64,000 nt of DNA from an uncultured Chthonomonadaceae bacterium (GCA_963817895.1 CAWFQB010000005.1:448001-512000), one strand, 5' to 3'; shown: positions 38,237-49,121, numbered from the stretch's first letter. The notes: generated by a model not told the origin, from the letters alone. Program-made: numbers and translations.

Positions 38237-39370
38237 ATGTCAACACTTTTTTCGCCGGTTCAGGTCGGCCCGTACACCCTGCCGCATCGCGTGGTGATGG
38301 CGCCCCTCACGCGCTCGCGCTCTGCGCAGCCCGGAGATATTCCCACAGACCTGATGGCCGAATACTATGCGCAGCGCGCGTCCGAACAGGGGTTGATTAT
38401 TGCCGAGGCGACTGCGGTGGCAATCAGCGGGCGTGGCTGGTTCGGCGCGCCCGGTATCTATTCGGATGACCATATTCCCCCCTGGAAGCGGATCACAACA
38501 GCCGTCCATGCCAGGGGCGGGCGCATGTTCTTGCAGCTCTGGCATGTGGGGCGGGTGTCCCATATCTCTATGACGAATGGGGCCGCGCCCGTCGCGCCTT
38601 CGGTTGTTCCCTTCGCGCAGGTGGTTGCCACTCCTGACGGATGGGTTCCGGTTTCGCCGCATCGGGCGCTTGCTATGGACGAGATTCCGGGCATCATCGG
38701 AGCGTATCGCCGGGGGGCGGAGCGGGCGATGGAAGCGGGGTTCGATGGGGTCGAACTGCACGGAGCCAACGGCTATCTCCCGGATCAGTTTCTTCAGGAC
38801 GGCAGCAACCGGCGAACCGACGCTTACGGCGGCCCGGTTGAAAACCGCGCCCGCTTTCTGCTGGAAATCATCGAGGCGCTGGCATCCGTGTGGGGCGGCA
38901 ACCGCGTGGGCGTAAGGCTCGCGCCGAGCGGCGTCTACAATGGGATGGCGGACAGCATCCCGAAAGTGACTTTTGGTTATGTCGCCGGACAGTTGAACCG
39001 GTTCGGCCTCGCGTACCTGCACGTCATCGAGCCGCGCATTAAAGGCTCGGAGGTTGTTGAGGAGGGCCAGCCGCCGATTGCTTCCATGCAACTGCGCAAG
39101 ATATTTACGGGCAACATCATCGCGGCGGGCGGCTTTGAACCCGCTTCAGCGGAAGCGATTGTAGCGAACGGCGATGCGGACATGGTTGCGTTCGGGCGGC
39201 ATTTCATCGCCAATCCCGATTTGCCGGGGCGCATAAAGTTTGGACTTCCGCTGAATACGTATGATCGCGCTACTTTCGATGGCGGCGATTATCATGGCTA
39301 CACGGATTACCCGTTCTACCGGGCCGCCGCCGCGCCTGATACGCCTGTAGTTCAGGCAACACTTGCCTGA
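38237..39370 (+). CDS. old yellow enzyme alkene reductase (NemA-like)
   Basis: MAPLTRSR, LQLWHVGR, GFDGVELHGANGYL, FGRHFIANPDL. Confidence 0.9.
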   Translation: MSTLFSPVQVGPYTLPHRVVMAPLTRSRSAQPGDIPTDLMAEYYAQRASEQGLIIAEATAVAISGRGWFGAPGIYSDDHIPPWKRITTAVHARGGRMFLQLWHVGRVSHISMTNGAAPVAPSVVPFAQVVATPDGWVPVSPHRALAMDEIPGIIGAYRRGAERAMEAGFDGVELHGANGYLPDQFLQDGSNRRTDAYGGPVENRARFLLEIIEALASVWGGNRVGVRLAPSGVYNGMADSIPKVTFGYVAGQLNRFGLAYLHVIEPRIKGSEVVEEGQPPIASMQLRKIFTGNIIAAGGFEPASAEAIVANGDADMVAFGRHFIANPDLPGRIKFGLPLNTYDRATFDGGDYHGYTDYPFYRAAAAPDTPVVQATLA

Positions 39371-39462
39371 ACTACAGGGAAAACTTGGACGCGCCGACGC
39401 GAACAGGTGACATTTTCTGAAAACGCGACATCAAACAAACACAACTTAACAGGGAGAAGCAA

Positions 39463-40212
39463 ATGAAATTGACAGGCAATACGGTCTTTATTACCGGGGG
39501 CGGTTCGGGAATCGGGCGCGGCCTTGCGGAAGCTTTGCACACGGTTGGTAATCGGGTGATTATCTCAGGCCGACGGCAAAGCCACCTGGCGGAAACAATC
39601 CGGGCCAATCCGGGGATGCAGGCCATGGAACTGAACGTTGCGGATCCTGCGAGTATCGCAGCGGTTGCGGCGCGGCTGATTGCGGAACATCCGACCCTGA
39701 ATGTGTTGATTAACAATGCGGGTATCATGTCTGTGGACGATGCCGCGAACGCTGTCGCTGAAGATATGCTGATGGCGACGGTGACGACAAATCTGATGGG
39801 GCCGATCCGCATGATGTCCGCGTTGATCGAACACTTGAAGCGGCAGGAGGCAGCCACCATTATCAATGTTTCCTCCGTGTTGGGGCATGTGCCGATGGCT
39901 TCGGCGGCGGTCTACTCGTCCACAAAGGCGGCGATCCATTCGTATACGCAGTCGCTGCGGTACAGGCTTCGAGACAGTTCGGTAACAGTGTTGGAACTGA
40001 TCCCGCCCTGGGTGCAGACCGACCTGTTGAACAGCAGCAACGAACCCCGGGCGATGCCGCTCACCGAGTTTATCGCGGCAACCCTGCAATTGCTGGGAAC
40101 GGAGGCAGAGGAGATCGTGGTGGAGCAGGCCATGCGGGTCAGGAACAGCGCGGTTCCGGGGAACACGGCATTTGTGACGCAGTTCAATGATCAGGTGGAG
40201 AAACCGCATTAA
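39463..40212 (+). CDS. short-chain dehydrogenase (DltE-like)
   Basis: TGGGSGIG, NNAG, YSSTK. Confidence 0.9.
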   Translation: MKLTGNTVFITGGGSGIGRGLAEALHTVGNRVIISGRRQSHLAETIRANPGMQAMELNVADPASIAAVAARLIAEHPTLNVLINNAGIMSVDDAANAVAEDMLMATVTTNLMGPIRMMSALIEHLKRQEAATIINVSSVLGHVPMASAAVYSSTKAAIHSYTQSLRYRLRDSSVTVLELIPPWVQTDLLNSSNEPRAMPLTEFIAATLQLLGTEAEEIVVEQAMRVRNSAVPGNTAFVTQFNDQVEKPH

Positions 40213-40277
40213 TTGGCTGTCGTATAACAGATGGGTTACGTTATAGACGTGGGCGGGCAGGCTATTGAGGCAAAACA

Positions 40278-40766
40278 ATGACCGATGATCTTCAATTGCG
40301 GGATGTGGCGGAAAGCGATCTCGCCACGTTTTTCGCGCAGCAATTGGACGAGGGCGCAAACGATATGGCCGCTTTCACGCGGAAAGACCCGGCAGACCGG
40401 GAAGCGTTTATGGCGCACTGGACGCGGATCAGGAGTAACACAACGGGGCGTATCCAGACGGTCGTTTTGCAGGGGCAGGTCGCGGGTTATGTCCTGTGCT
40501 ACGAACAGGACGGGGAAACCGAAGTCAGCTACTGGCTCGGCAGGGAATACTGGGGCCGGGGGCTTGCCACACGCGCGCTTGCCGCGTTTCTGCGTTCGGT
40601 ACAAGTTCGTCCGCTGTCCGCCCGCGCTGCTAAAGACAACCACGCTTCGCTGCGGGTTCTGGAAAAATGCGGGTTCGCGATCATCGGCGAGGATAAAGGC
40701 TTTTCCAATGCGCGCGGCAAAGAGGTCGAAGAATTCCTCTTGAAACTGGAGGCGAGTCAACTGTGA
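40278..40766 (+). CDS. GNAT N-acetyltransferase
   Basis: YWLGREYWGRGLAT, NHASLRVLEKCGF. Confidence 0.9.
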   Translation: MTDDLQLRDVAESDLATFFAQQLDEGANDMAAFTRKDPADREAFMAHWTRIRSNTTGRIQTVVLQGQVAGYVLCYEQDGETEVSYWLGREYWGRGLATRALAAFLRSVQVRPLSARAAKDNHASLRVLEKCGFAIIGEDKGFSNARGKEVEEFLLKLEASQL

Positions 40767-41547
40767 AAAAACGCCGTCGTTTTCCTTTTTTCTTCCTGTT
40801 GCTTGTTGGGCTGCTCATCGGTTGCGCAATCCCGGTTCGGCAGATTCGCCAACAGATGCGGCAAACACAGATCAACCAGCAGCTTGTACTTGCGGTACAC
40901 GCCCTTGACGTGTCCCAGGTTCAGGATTGTCTGCGCGCGGGAGCCGATCCCGATATGCTCCGGCAGATTCCTCAACCGCCAACACTCTGGCAGGTCTTCA
41001 TCCGCTTGTTCCACCCTTCGTCTCCACGATCCACGAAGTCAGGCGAACGGGTTCTGGCCGATGCTCTGGACAGCGCCTCACACTCTTCAAACCCGGAGCA
41101 ACAGCGACGCGGATGCCAGATTGCCCTCTTGCTGCTCCACTCCGGCGCAAACCCACAGGGCGACGTCTTTTCCCGTTGGGCGTCGCGACGTGGATGCGCG
41201 CTACGGAAGTGGCGCAGGCTCTGGTCGAACACGGCGCAGACGTGAATGTGGTGGATGGCGATGGGAACTGTCCCCTCCTCGGTGCGGCAGCGGATAAAAA
41301 CTCCCCGTTAGGATTGCTGTTGCTGGCGCATGGAGCCGACCCGAACGCGCGACGCAACAACTCTCGGAGGACGCCGTTGATGGAAGCGGCAACCAGCGGC
41401 AATACCGCTCTGGCGCGGGCGCTGCTGGAAAAGAGGGCCGACCGGACGTTAAAAGATGCCCGGGGCAAGACCGCGCTGGATTTCGCGCGGGAGTACAATC
41501 GGAGAAAGATTGTTGACCTCATCAAGCAGGCCGGCGCGAAAGAGTAA
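40763..41547 (+). CDS. membrane-anchored ankyrin-repeat protein, frameshift at ~41170
   Basis: GADP, GADVN..D.DGNCPL, TPLMEAA, GKTALD. Confidence 0.8.
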
Positions 41548-41647
41548 AGGGAAATTTAGCAGGATTACCCGCATCAGCAACAATCCTACCTGCGTGGACT
41601 GTGACTGATGAAGACGTGTACCGCGCTGCGCGTGTCACCTGACGTGA

Positions 41648-42319
41648 TTACGCGCGTGTTTTGCGGCGGCGCAGGAAGCCTGCTGCGGTCATGGTCAGGC
41701 CGGTGAGCAGGGCAACGGAGCCGGGTTCGGGAACGGCGGCGGGATTGAGGGTGAACTTTGCGCCCGTACCGTCCTGAACGGAGATGAGCCTGCCATTGAG
41801 CGGGGTTCCGTCCGCCAGTGTGCCGTAGAGCGCATACTCGCTAAAGCCAGAAGGAAAGGAAACCACGAGCGTATCGGTCAGGCTGCCGAAGAAGTTGAGG
41901 GTACCGCTGTTGGCAGCGTTTAAATTACCGCCGATGCTGCCGCCGGAGATGGTGACGACGCTGCTTTCGAAAGCCGTCAGACCGTCGATGCTGCCGCCGG
42001 AGACGCTGACCACGCTGGTGTTGTAAGTGAACAGGCTGCCGCTGACGCTGCCGCCGGAGACGCTGACCCTGCTGTTGTTGAGAACATCCAGGTCGCCGCT
42101 GACGCTGCCGCCGCTGACGAGGCTGACGGTAGGACTGGCAGGATTGGTTGAGGTGAGGTAATCATTAAACGTGCCATAGCCCACAACGGCGTCTCCGTTG
42201 ACCGCGTAGTTGATGGTGGCGTCGGTGGCATAGAACCCCTGCGCGCGGGCGTTTGTTGTGGCAAGAGCGGCGAGCGCGGCAAGGGCAAAGGTGTGACGGA
42301 CAAGAGAACGGGTTTGCAT
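41648..42319 (-). CDS. PEP-CTERM protein with SGGS(V/I) repeats
   Basis: Signal peptide; VPEPGSVALLTGLTMTAAGFLRRRK. Confidence 0.9.
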   Translation of the reverse strand: MQTRSLVRHTFALAALAALATTNARAQGFYATDATINYAVNGDAVVGYGTFNDYLTSTNPASPTVSLVSGGSVSGDLDVLNNSRVSVSGGSVSGSLFTYNTSVVSVSGGSIDGLTAFESSVVTISGGSIGGNLNAANSGTLNFFGSLTDTLVVSFPSGFSEYALYGTLADGTPLNGRLISVQDGTGAKFTLNPAAVPEPGSVALLTGLTMTAAGFLRRRKTRA

Positions 42320-42389
42320 AATGAATGATCCTTCTGTTGAGGCAATGCAAATGCTTTCAAGAGTCTAAAAGCGACCTGAAACAGTATAA

Positions 42390-42406
42390 TGCAAGATTTA
42401 TGCCAA
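42390..42406 (-). promoter_or_regulatory. sigma-54 promoter of the PEP-CTERM gene
   Basis: Minus strand TTGGCATAAATCTTGCA (GG-N10-GC), about 70 nt upstream of the ATG. Confidence 0.7.
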
Positions 42407-42471
42407 ACAGCCCGCTTTCATCCTTTTTGCGTGAGATCGCTACATTATTGAGAAGAAAATAAAACCGAAGC

Positions 42472-43384
42472 GTGTGGCAGAGACACAGACCGCAGGAACC
42501 GAAGTTCTGCGGTCTGTTTAGCGCAAAGCGCGCTGCCTTCGCACAGAGAAACGTTTACGCGGACTGGCTGGCACTCTTGCGGCGGCGCAGTAGGGCGGCC
42601 CATGCCGGTGAGGAGAGCGACGCAGGCTTGTATCACGCCACTAATCAGGGCAGCGCTACCGTTATGTCCCGCTTTAACCGCAAGGGGGTTCGCGCGCCTG
42701 GGTATGCGACGGCAATAGAGGCTTTTGAGGAGATCGGCAGGGCGCTGTGCGTGAAAACAGCCACCATCAAACACATGCGCGAACTCGTTCGATCCCTACT
42801 GTTCGCAGGTGCGCGTCGGCTGGTATCAGCGTCCCATTCTGCGTTCACGCGCCAACGTGATTCAAGCCTACGATGAGATCAGCGAAGCGGCAATGGCGGA
42901 AATCGTGCGCGAATTGCTCAACAACAGCGCGGAAGCGGTTGAGCCGTATATTGCCCCGGTGAGCGAAGTCGGAGTTGGGGCGGAACTGATGCTTGACGAC
43001 GAGAATGCGTTTGCGGCGCGGTTACGAACGGGTGAGACTGCCGAAACCTTCTTTATGCAGCAGTTCCCCACGGTTGCCATGTTTCAGGGCAGCAGGCTGG
43101 AAGATACGCGCAAGTTCGGCATCGGCTTCGATTTCCGCGCTTCGTTTCCGCAATCCTACCGGGCTATCAAAGTGAAGGGCGTCCGCGAATCGCATGGCTG
43201 TATCTCCTTCACCGACAAAGAATGGTCGGTAGCGCAGTTGATGAGCGACGATTACGTACTGGCTCTGGTTCGCGCCTTGGACACAAAGCCGCTGTTGGAG
43301 TTGGTTCCCAATCCCTGCCAACACATTCCCGTCAAAATGCGAACCATCGAATCCGTTTCTGTCTGCTGGAACGCGAAAGTGTGA
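42472..43384 (+). pseudogene. DUF3883-like restriction-fold nuclease, degenerate (5' end uncertain)
   Basis: TIKHMR|NSFDPY..RVGWYQRP across a frameshift at ~42781; GETAE, GIGFDF, AIKVKG (K where EVKG is expected), TDKEW. Confidence 0.6.
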
Positions 43385-43921
43385 GAAACCTCTTTCTTCT
43401 CAAGAACATTCTTCAACAAAATTGTCCGTCTTTGTAATAAATTTTCAAAATCATTTTTGCGTCCGGCACTTCTAGCAGGAATTTGCTTGATCCGGTTGAA
43501 TAAATGTGCTAATATTATAATCATCCATAGATTTATACAATATTTTCGGCCTTCTGGTAGGTTCCCTACTCAAAGCAGAAGGGAGTGACACATACTCTGA
43601 CCACCGATACTCGCGAAGGTATCGGTAGTTATAAAACAGCACTAGCGATAAGTATAAACTTGCATACTTTAACCCAAAGTTTTCACAAATCTGGCATCTT
43701 TGCAGGAATATGCCTCCTATATCACGAAATGCGGTGTGAAGTGGTACAACCACAAACAGTGTCGTTCAGCACTTATCTACAACCCTGTGAGATCAACTGT
43801 GCTGGCCCATAAGGTTGTTTTATGTGTACATACTGCTTTCAGTAAGGGATATATATAGCAACAATAACTTGATTTAATATTAGTATACCAATACTATTGA
43901 TAATGGAAGGAGTTCTAGGTA

Positions 43922-44944
43922 ATGATATCTCCAGGTCAGAAACAGGTTGCTCTTACCGCACTTGATGAACTTAGATGGGCTAATGGCGCAAGGCAGTACG
44001 TTCTCGAAAAACTTAATCAGGTAGGTAGCGGGCAACTCACACCAGCAGCCGATGACCTTGTCTATCATTACACGGACGCCAATGCACTTCAGGCAATCTT
44101 ACAATATGGAGCGCTCCGAGCTTCCAGTATGGCCTTTCTGAATGACAAGACAGAATACAAGTTGGGTATCTCTAAGTTTTGCGAAGCTATCAACACATCA
44201 GGAGAGCCAACAATAGTCACGATCCGTGATGCAGTGCTTGCTGTTCTCGAAGATGAACACCACCAGTTGAAGCAGCGTCTTGAGGTATACAACTGTAGCT
44301 TTAGTCACGATGGCGACCTTCTGAGTCAGTGGCGTGGATATGCAGACGCCGGTAGTGGCTTCTCAATTGGTTTCAATGCAGTGGAGGTTTCACAGTTATT
44401 GTGGCCACGAGGATGGAGCTATAATGTAGTATATAAGGGTGTTGAGCAGCTTAATACCGCAAAGGTCGTTGTTGATGCATTCGGTGAATATTTCACGGCT
44501 CAAGGGGGCGTCCAATCTATTAGTGCTGTGGACTTTTCAATCTCTCTTGCTCTTGGCACCGTAGCTGCCCTCGCTCCTGCAATGAAACACTGTGGGTTTA
44601 GCGAAGAACGCGAGTTCAGGCACGTAGTAAATAACCAGTATGGGCAGCTGACCAAGCTTGGCGAAAACGGTCAAAGGGAGTCGCTAGTGAAATGGCGCGC
44701 TCGCAACGGTGATATAATTCCATTTGTTGAACTAGATGCGGTGGAAGATGTACCGGTATTACCACCGGGCGGAGCCGGTATAGCAACTATTGAGCAGCGG
44801 CGGACTAAATTGCCCGTCAAAGTGATCTATGTTGGGCCATGCCACGATTTTGATAGAACCGAGCAAAGCCTCCATGCTCTCCTTCGCCAATACGAATACG
44901 AAAACGTGGACGTTCGTCGTGCCTGTATACCATTTCTTCCGTAA
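43922..44944 (+). CDS. DUF2971-domain protein (defence-island associated)
   Basis: YHYT...LQAIL, LNDKTE, CSFS..GDLLSQWRGYA, KHCGFSEEREFR, IYVGP. Confidence 0.8.
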   Translation: MISPGQKQVALTALDELRWANGARQYVLEKLNQVGSGQLTPAADDLVYHYTDANALQAILQYGALRASSMAFLNDKTEYKLGISKFCEAINTSGEPTIVTIRDAVLAVLEDEHHQLKQRLEVYNCSFSHDGDLLSQWRGYADAGSGFSIGFNAVEVSQLLWPRGWSYNVVYKGVEQLNTAKVVVDAFGEYFTAQGGVQSISAVDFSISLALGTVAALAPAMKHCGFSEEREFRHVVNNQYGQLTKLGENGQRESLVKWRARNGDIIPFVELDAVEDVPVLPPGGAGIATIEQRRTKLPVKVIYVGPCHDFDRTEQSLHALLRQYEYENVDVRRACIPFLP

Positions 44945-45292
44945 TAAATAAATATTTGTTAGCAAAATCGCATAACAATGTTCGTGTATCTATGATGGAA
45001 TTTTATATTATCCGTTTGGATACAGAAGACCTTCCAAAAAGCAAGATATGGAAGGTCTTAAATTTCACGGAGAGTCTTAATTGTCTGCCCGCTTTGTTAT
45101 GTAAGATCATGTCCTGTATCCTAACCTAAAAATCCTTATAGGGTCCATTCAGGCGCTTTTCTCTTGCTTACCGTTAATCTTGATTATCGTCAACCTGCGG
45201 TTTGTGCGCTCGCTGGTTAAGAAGAGTCAGGTTAAAAATGTTTATCGACTAAAATATTGGCCAAGTCTTCTAAAAGGGTACATAACCAGAAA

Positions 45293-46249
45293 ATGACAGA
45301 CACAGCTACTATCGTACATGCAGCCAATGCTCTTTCTGCTTTGCTGCCTGACGCTAAACTTGACCCCGAAGTGATGCGAATAATTGGTGCTGAACAATCG
45401 GTTCGGACAAAGTTTGCGCCTATCTTTGCACTTGAGCAGGTTCAGTCTATCACCGAAGTTGAATTTCGATCATTTCTACCTATCGGTGGAAACGGACATT
45501 GGACGGGTCTTACTCGTCTTGGTTACCAAGCCTGTGACGATATGGGCAAACTTCGGGACGGACTGGCAATATTGGTTGATGAAACGCGGCCATTAGCAGA
45601 TCGCTATGACCAAACACTGCAAATGGTTTTCGGGATGGGTAAGGGATTAGCTACTGGAATTTTGATGGTTGCCCATAATAACCGCTATGGAGTATGGAAT
45701 GGTGTCAGTGAGGCGGCTCTCCAGCGGTTAAGCGTATTCCCATCGCATAGAGGCACAGAAGGGAACCGCTACAGTGTTATCAATGAGGTATTACATTATC
45801 TCGCTGATGCAATTAACCTCAATCTGTGGCAGCTGGATGCCATACTCTGGTGGGTCGTCAACAAAACCCCGCGGCATTGGACAGTGAGCGAAATGGCTCC
45901 GGATATGGATGAGGAAATAGCATTCCCGGAAGGAGCCGTACAATACCGAATGCACAAAACCCGTGAGCGACATCCGGAACTAGTAAAACAAGCCAAGGAG
46001 CGAGCCTTGGCTGTGAATGGAAAGTTGACATGCGAATGCTGTAGCTTCGATTTTGGCCAGATTTATGGGAAGGCAGGAGTTGGATATATCGAGGTGCATC
46101 ATAATGTTCCAGTTTCTCAACTCCAAGCTGGAGCCAGTACCAAACTTAGCGATTTAACACTGCTGTGTTCCAACTGCCATCGTATTATTCATCGTCGTCG
46201 GCCTTGGCTAACAGTTGAGCAACTAAGGACTATCTTGCAAGCGAAGTAA
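45293..46249 (+). CDS. HNH endonuclease (McrA-like C-terminus)
   Basis: EG....H..RER, CECC.FDF..YG..G..YIEVHH..P, LCSNCHRIIH. Confidence 0.85.
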   Translation: MTDTATIVHAANALSALLPDAKLDPEVMRIIGAEQSVRTKFAPIFALEQVQSITEVEFRSFLPIGGNGHWTGLTRLGYQACDDMGKLRDGLAILVDETRPLADRYDQTLQMVFGMGKGLATGILMVAHNNRYGVWNGVSEAALQRLSVFPSHRGTEGNRYSVINEVLHYLADAINLNLWQLDAILWWVVNKTPRHWTVSEMAPDMDEEIAFPEGAVQYRMHKTRERHPELVKQAKERALAVNGKLTCECCSFDFGQIYGKAGVGYIEVHHNVPVSQLQAGASTKLSDLTLLCSNCHRIIHRRRPWLTVEQLRTILQAK

Positions 46250-46450
46250 AGAATAGAGCGCCCATTCTTCAAAGAGCGGCCAGGCAGTCGCTCTCTTTCA
46301 TTAATCTTGACCGCTAGGCATATTCCTCTTCTGTCTACCTACTTTCCCAAACGCCATTTTGAACTAAAATATGCCACAATAGCTCGCTCGGCGTTACTAC
46401 GTGATAATCCCTTTTATCACGTAGACAGAACCAGTAAAGCGGCGAATTAG

Positions 46451-46783
46451 TTATATTGCCCAATCCTGCGCGTCACGTTCTGCAAGCAGGCTGCGACTGC
46501 CAGGGCGCATGGCGTTCAGCAGTTCCGTGTCTGACATGCCCTTGCCATCGTCTATCACCGCGATATGTGATTTTGCGCCATCCCAATAAAATTCCAGCCA
46601 GATGTTTTTGGCTGAAGCGGCAATGCTGTTGTCAATCAAATCCGCAAGAGCGGTGGCAAGGTCATATCCGAACGCGCGCAGGGAGTGAATCATGGCCTCG
46701 GCGCGAGGTTCGGCAATATCGTAGTCCTGTTCCTCTTCCAGAGCCTCCAAATGCGCAGGTACAGCCGGCTGTCGTTTTGGCAT
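46451..46783 (-). pseudogene. truncated MORC/GHKL ATPase (N-terminal fragment)
   Basis: SLRAFGY.LATALADLIDNSIAA, DDGKGM, AMRPGS; ends just before the expected DLGRFGxG motif. Confidence 0.8.
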
Positions 46784-46860
46784 TTTCGTTCCCTTGTTCG
46801 CTGTGATTTATGCCAGCACTATACGGTATTCGCCCCGCGCTCCGTTACCCATGACAAAGT

Positions 46861-46888
46861 ATTCTACATCTGTTGAAATTTCTCCTGC
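46861..46888 (-). promoter_or_regulatory. SigH-like promoter
   Basis: GCAGGAGAA-N12-GTAGAAT on the minus strand, 77 nt before ATG 46783. Confidence 0.55.
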
Positions 46889-46923
46889 GCAAAAATCAAC
46901 ATTGCCGTCCTCTACTCTAAATT

Positions 46924-46988
46924 TCCTCCGTGTCCTCCGTGGTTGTTCTCTCCCCTTTTCTCCTCCCCGTGTCCCCCGTGTTCCCCCT
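46924..46988. repeat. nonamer tandem array (C(T/C)CCGTGTC)
   Basis: cctccgtgtcctccgtggtt ... ctccccgtgtcccccgtgttccc. Confidence 0.7.
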
Positions 46989-46991
46989 GGT

Positions 46992-49121
46992 TTATTTCTT
47001 CGGCGGTTCGGTGACGGTCAGCATAATGGCGGGCGTGGCGCGGTCGAGCTGCACGAACTGGCTTTGCGAGACGACGCAGCTCACCGTGATCGGGGTTGCG
47101 CCTAAACGGGCGGCGGGAGCGGCTTTCAGTTCCACGACGCCTTCCGATTTGTCGCCCGCAATGGCAACGTCCGCCGCTGTTACGCCATCGGGTAGGCCCA
47201 TTATCCGCAGGGTCACGGGCTTGCTGTAACCGGGCTGGCGCGTCAGTTTCACGCTCAGAGTTGCGCTTGCGCCCCGCGTCAGGGACAGGGTTGTTGTCGC
47301 GGTTGTGGGCGCGATCTCGAACGGTTCGCGCGTGGCAAACATCGGCAGGCCAGGCGGCGCGGGTACGTTGAAACGCGCTATCGTCTTCCATTCCCAATCT
47401 GCCGCGCTTTCCAATCCGCGTTCCACCGTTTTTCCACCCACCTGCCCGGTTCCCACAATATGCAGCGGAAACGCGGCCAGGGACGCGGCTTTGTCCGCCG
47501 ACAGAATGAGCAGCCCTTTCCCCACTCCGGGCGGCACAATACACGTCGAGGCCGTCACGCCCGGAGGTAAATCCCGTATGCTTAACGCAACAGGCCCGTC
47601 CCAACGGTCGCGGGTTACGGCCACTTCAAGCGGCACGGCGTTTCCCTGCCCGACAGCCCGTTCTCGCGTTTCCGTCGCAAGGGCAAAACCGGGCAATGGC
47701 GTTTGTACCGTCAGGCAATAGACATGCGCGGGACTGTTGCGCCCCCGCGCTTCCGCAATGCGAAGCGCGTACTCTCCCCCGGCGGGCAGTACCATATCCA
47801 GATGCGAGTCGCGCCCGTTCGTGTCGTCGTTTTCCGCTATCGGCTTGTCGTCCGGGCCGAGCAGGGTGACAATCGGATCGGCGGGCGAACCTAATTTCTG
47901 GCAAATGACATCAATCACCACCCGCTGGCCCGCCACGCCCGTAAACTTGAAAACGTCCACGTCCGGCGCGGCGACACTCGCTCCATTCCGCCCGTTCTTG
48001 AACGATTCGCGCCAGAATTGCCCGTTGACAAGGCAGGGGATGGCAATTGGCATGGCGGATGCGCGGCTGTCGTTGGGTTCCTTTTCCGTGAATGTGGGAA
48101 GCCCGGTCAGCAGGGTTGGCAGGCTGTTGGAGATGGGGCCGGCGGGCGCGTTGTTGAGGAAAGTCGAGGCCACTCCCGCGGGTTCCGCAGTGTTCAGGGA
48201 CACGGGTTGAGCCGAAGTTCTGTCGAAAACGCTACCGAGATTGAAGCCGATTGCCTGTCCCGTCGCGCTTTGTCCGGCCTGCGCCCCGGCGGGATACACG
48301 GAAGTCAGCAGGGGCAATACGCCCATTTCCAGCCGGTACGCATGGCTTGGACTGGCCCCTCCGTCCGAACTCGACAGAGTCAGATAGTAGGTTCCCGACG
48401 TTTTGGGCGTGTAGACGAGCAGCGAATCGGAGCCGTAATAGTCGTCGTTGTCGGCAACCTGCTGCCCGTTCGCGTCCCGCAGAGTCAAGAGCGAATCGAG
48501 CGGCAGTCCCACGCGGCTGGACTGAACTTCCGCCACAAACGCCTGCCCCGCCGTCAATGGAACGCGGTACACGTCCTGTTCACCGGGCGTAGCGATATGC
48601 CCGTTCACCGCCATTGGCAGCGTCACAACCTGCGCCGTGTTCAGGTCGTTATGGGGCTGCTTTTCTCCGGTTTGCGGCAGGTCGCGGCCTATCATCCACG
48701 CGCCCACATCGGACAGGCCGGAGGGCGACTGAACGCGGAAATGGCACACTCCGGGCGGAACCGATTTCGCCACCGTGATCGCCACAACGATGTTGGGGTT
48801 GCCGTCCGTGTCCAATGTGGCGGGGGCAAGGGTGGAATTGACTTCGGGCAAAATGACTGCCGTAATGCCCGGACGGTCGAAAAAAATGTTTTGGGCGTGG
48901 CGCAGGCTCATGCCGCCAATCGTGACCTGCGTGGTCGCGCCCTGACTGCCCCCGACCGGGAACATGCCGCGCAATTCGGGCGGATGCCGCTGCGCCGTTG
49001 CGGGCGTAACGAACAGGAGAACGGCGCAGGGCAACGCGCCGAATAAAAGCGCGATGCGCGAAAGCAGACAGGCTGGTTTGAAGGCTGATAAAAGTGTCAT
49101 GGCAAGAGCGTACTTCGACAT
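46992..49121 (-). CDS. large secreted protein with PPC (pre-peptidase C-terminal) domains
   Basis: FPVGGSQG, two EKxPN-type repeats, DSLLTLRD...ADNDD, DPIVTL...AENDD. Confidence 0.75.
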   Translation of the reverse strand: MSKYALAMTLLSAFKPACLLSRIALLFGALPCAVLLFVTPATAQRHPPELRGMFPVGGSQGATTQVTIGGMSLRHAQNIFFDRPGITAVILPEVNSTLAPATLDTDGNPNIVVAITVAKSVPPGVCHFRVQSPSGLSDVGAWMIGRDLPQTGEKQPHNDLNTAQVVTLPMAVNGHIATPGEQDVYRVPLTAGQAFVAEVQSSRVGLPLDSLLTLRDANGQQVADNDDYYGSDSLLVYTPKTSGTYYLTLSSSDGGASPSHAYRLEMGVLPLLTSVYPAGAQAGQSATGQAIGFNLGSVFDRTSAQPVSLNTAEPAGVASTFLNNAPAGPISNSLPTLLTGLPTFTEKEPNDSRASAMPIAIPCLVNGQFWRESFKNGRNGASVAAPDVDVFKFTGVAGQRVVIDVICQKLGSPADPIVTLLGPDDKPIAENDDTNGRDSHLDMVLPAGGEYALRIAEARGRNSPAHVYCLTVQTPLPGFALATETRERAVGQGNAVPLEVAVTRDRWDGPVALSIRDLPPGVTASTCIVPPGVGKGLLILSADKAASLAAFPLHIVGTGQVGGKTVERGLESAADWEWKTIARFNVPAPPGLPMFATREPFEIAPTTATTTLSLTRGASATLSVKLTRQPGYSKPVTLRIMGLPDGVTAADVAIAGDKSEGVVELKAAPAARLGATPITVSCVVSQSQFVQLDRATPAIMLTVTEPPKK

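Noticed and set aside
43252..43812. Short ORFs in the AT-rich gap before DUF2971
   Set aside because: No RBS or recognisable motif; possibly decayed remnants but not supportable.
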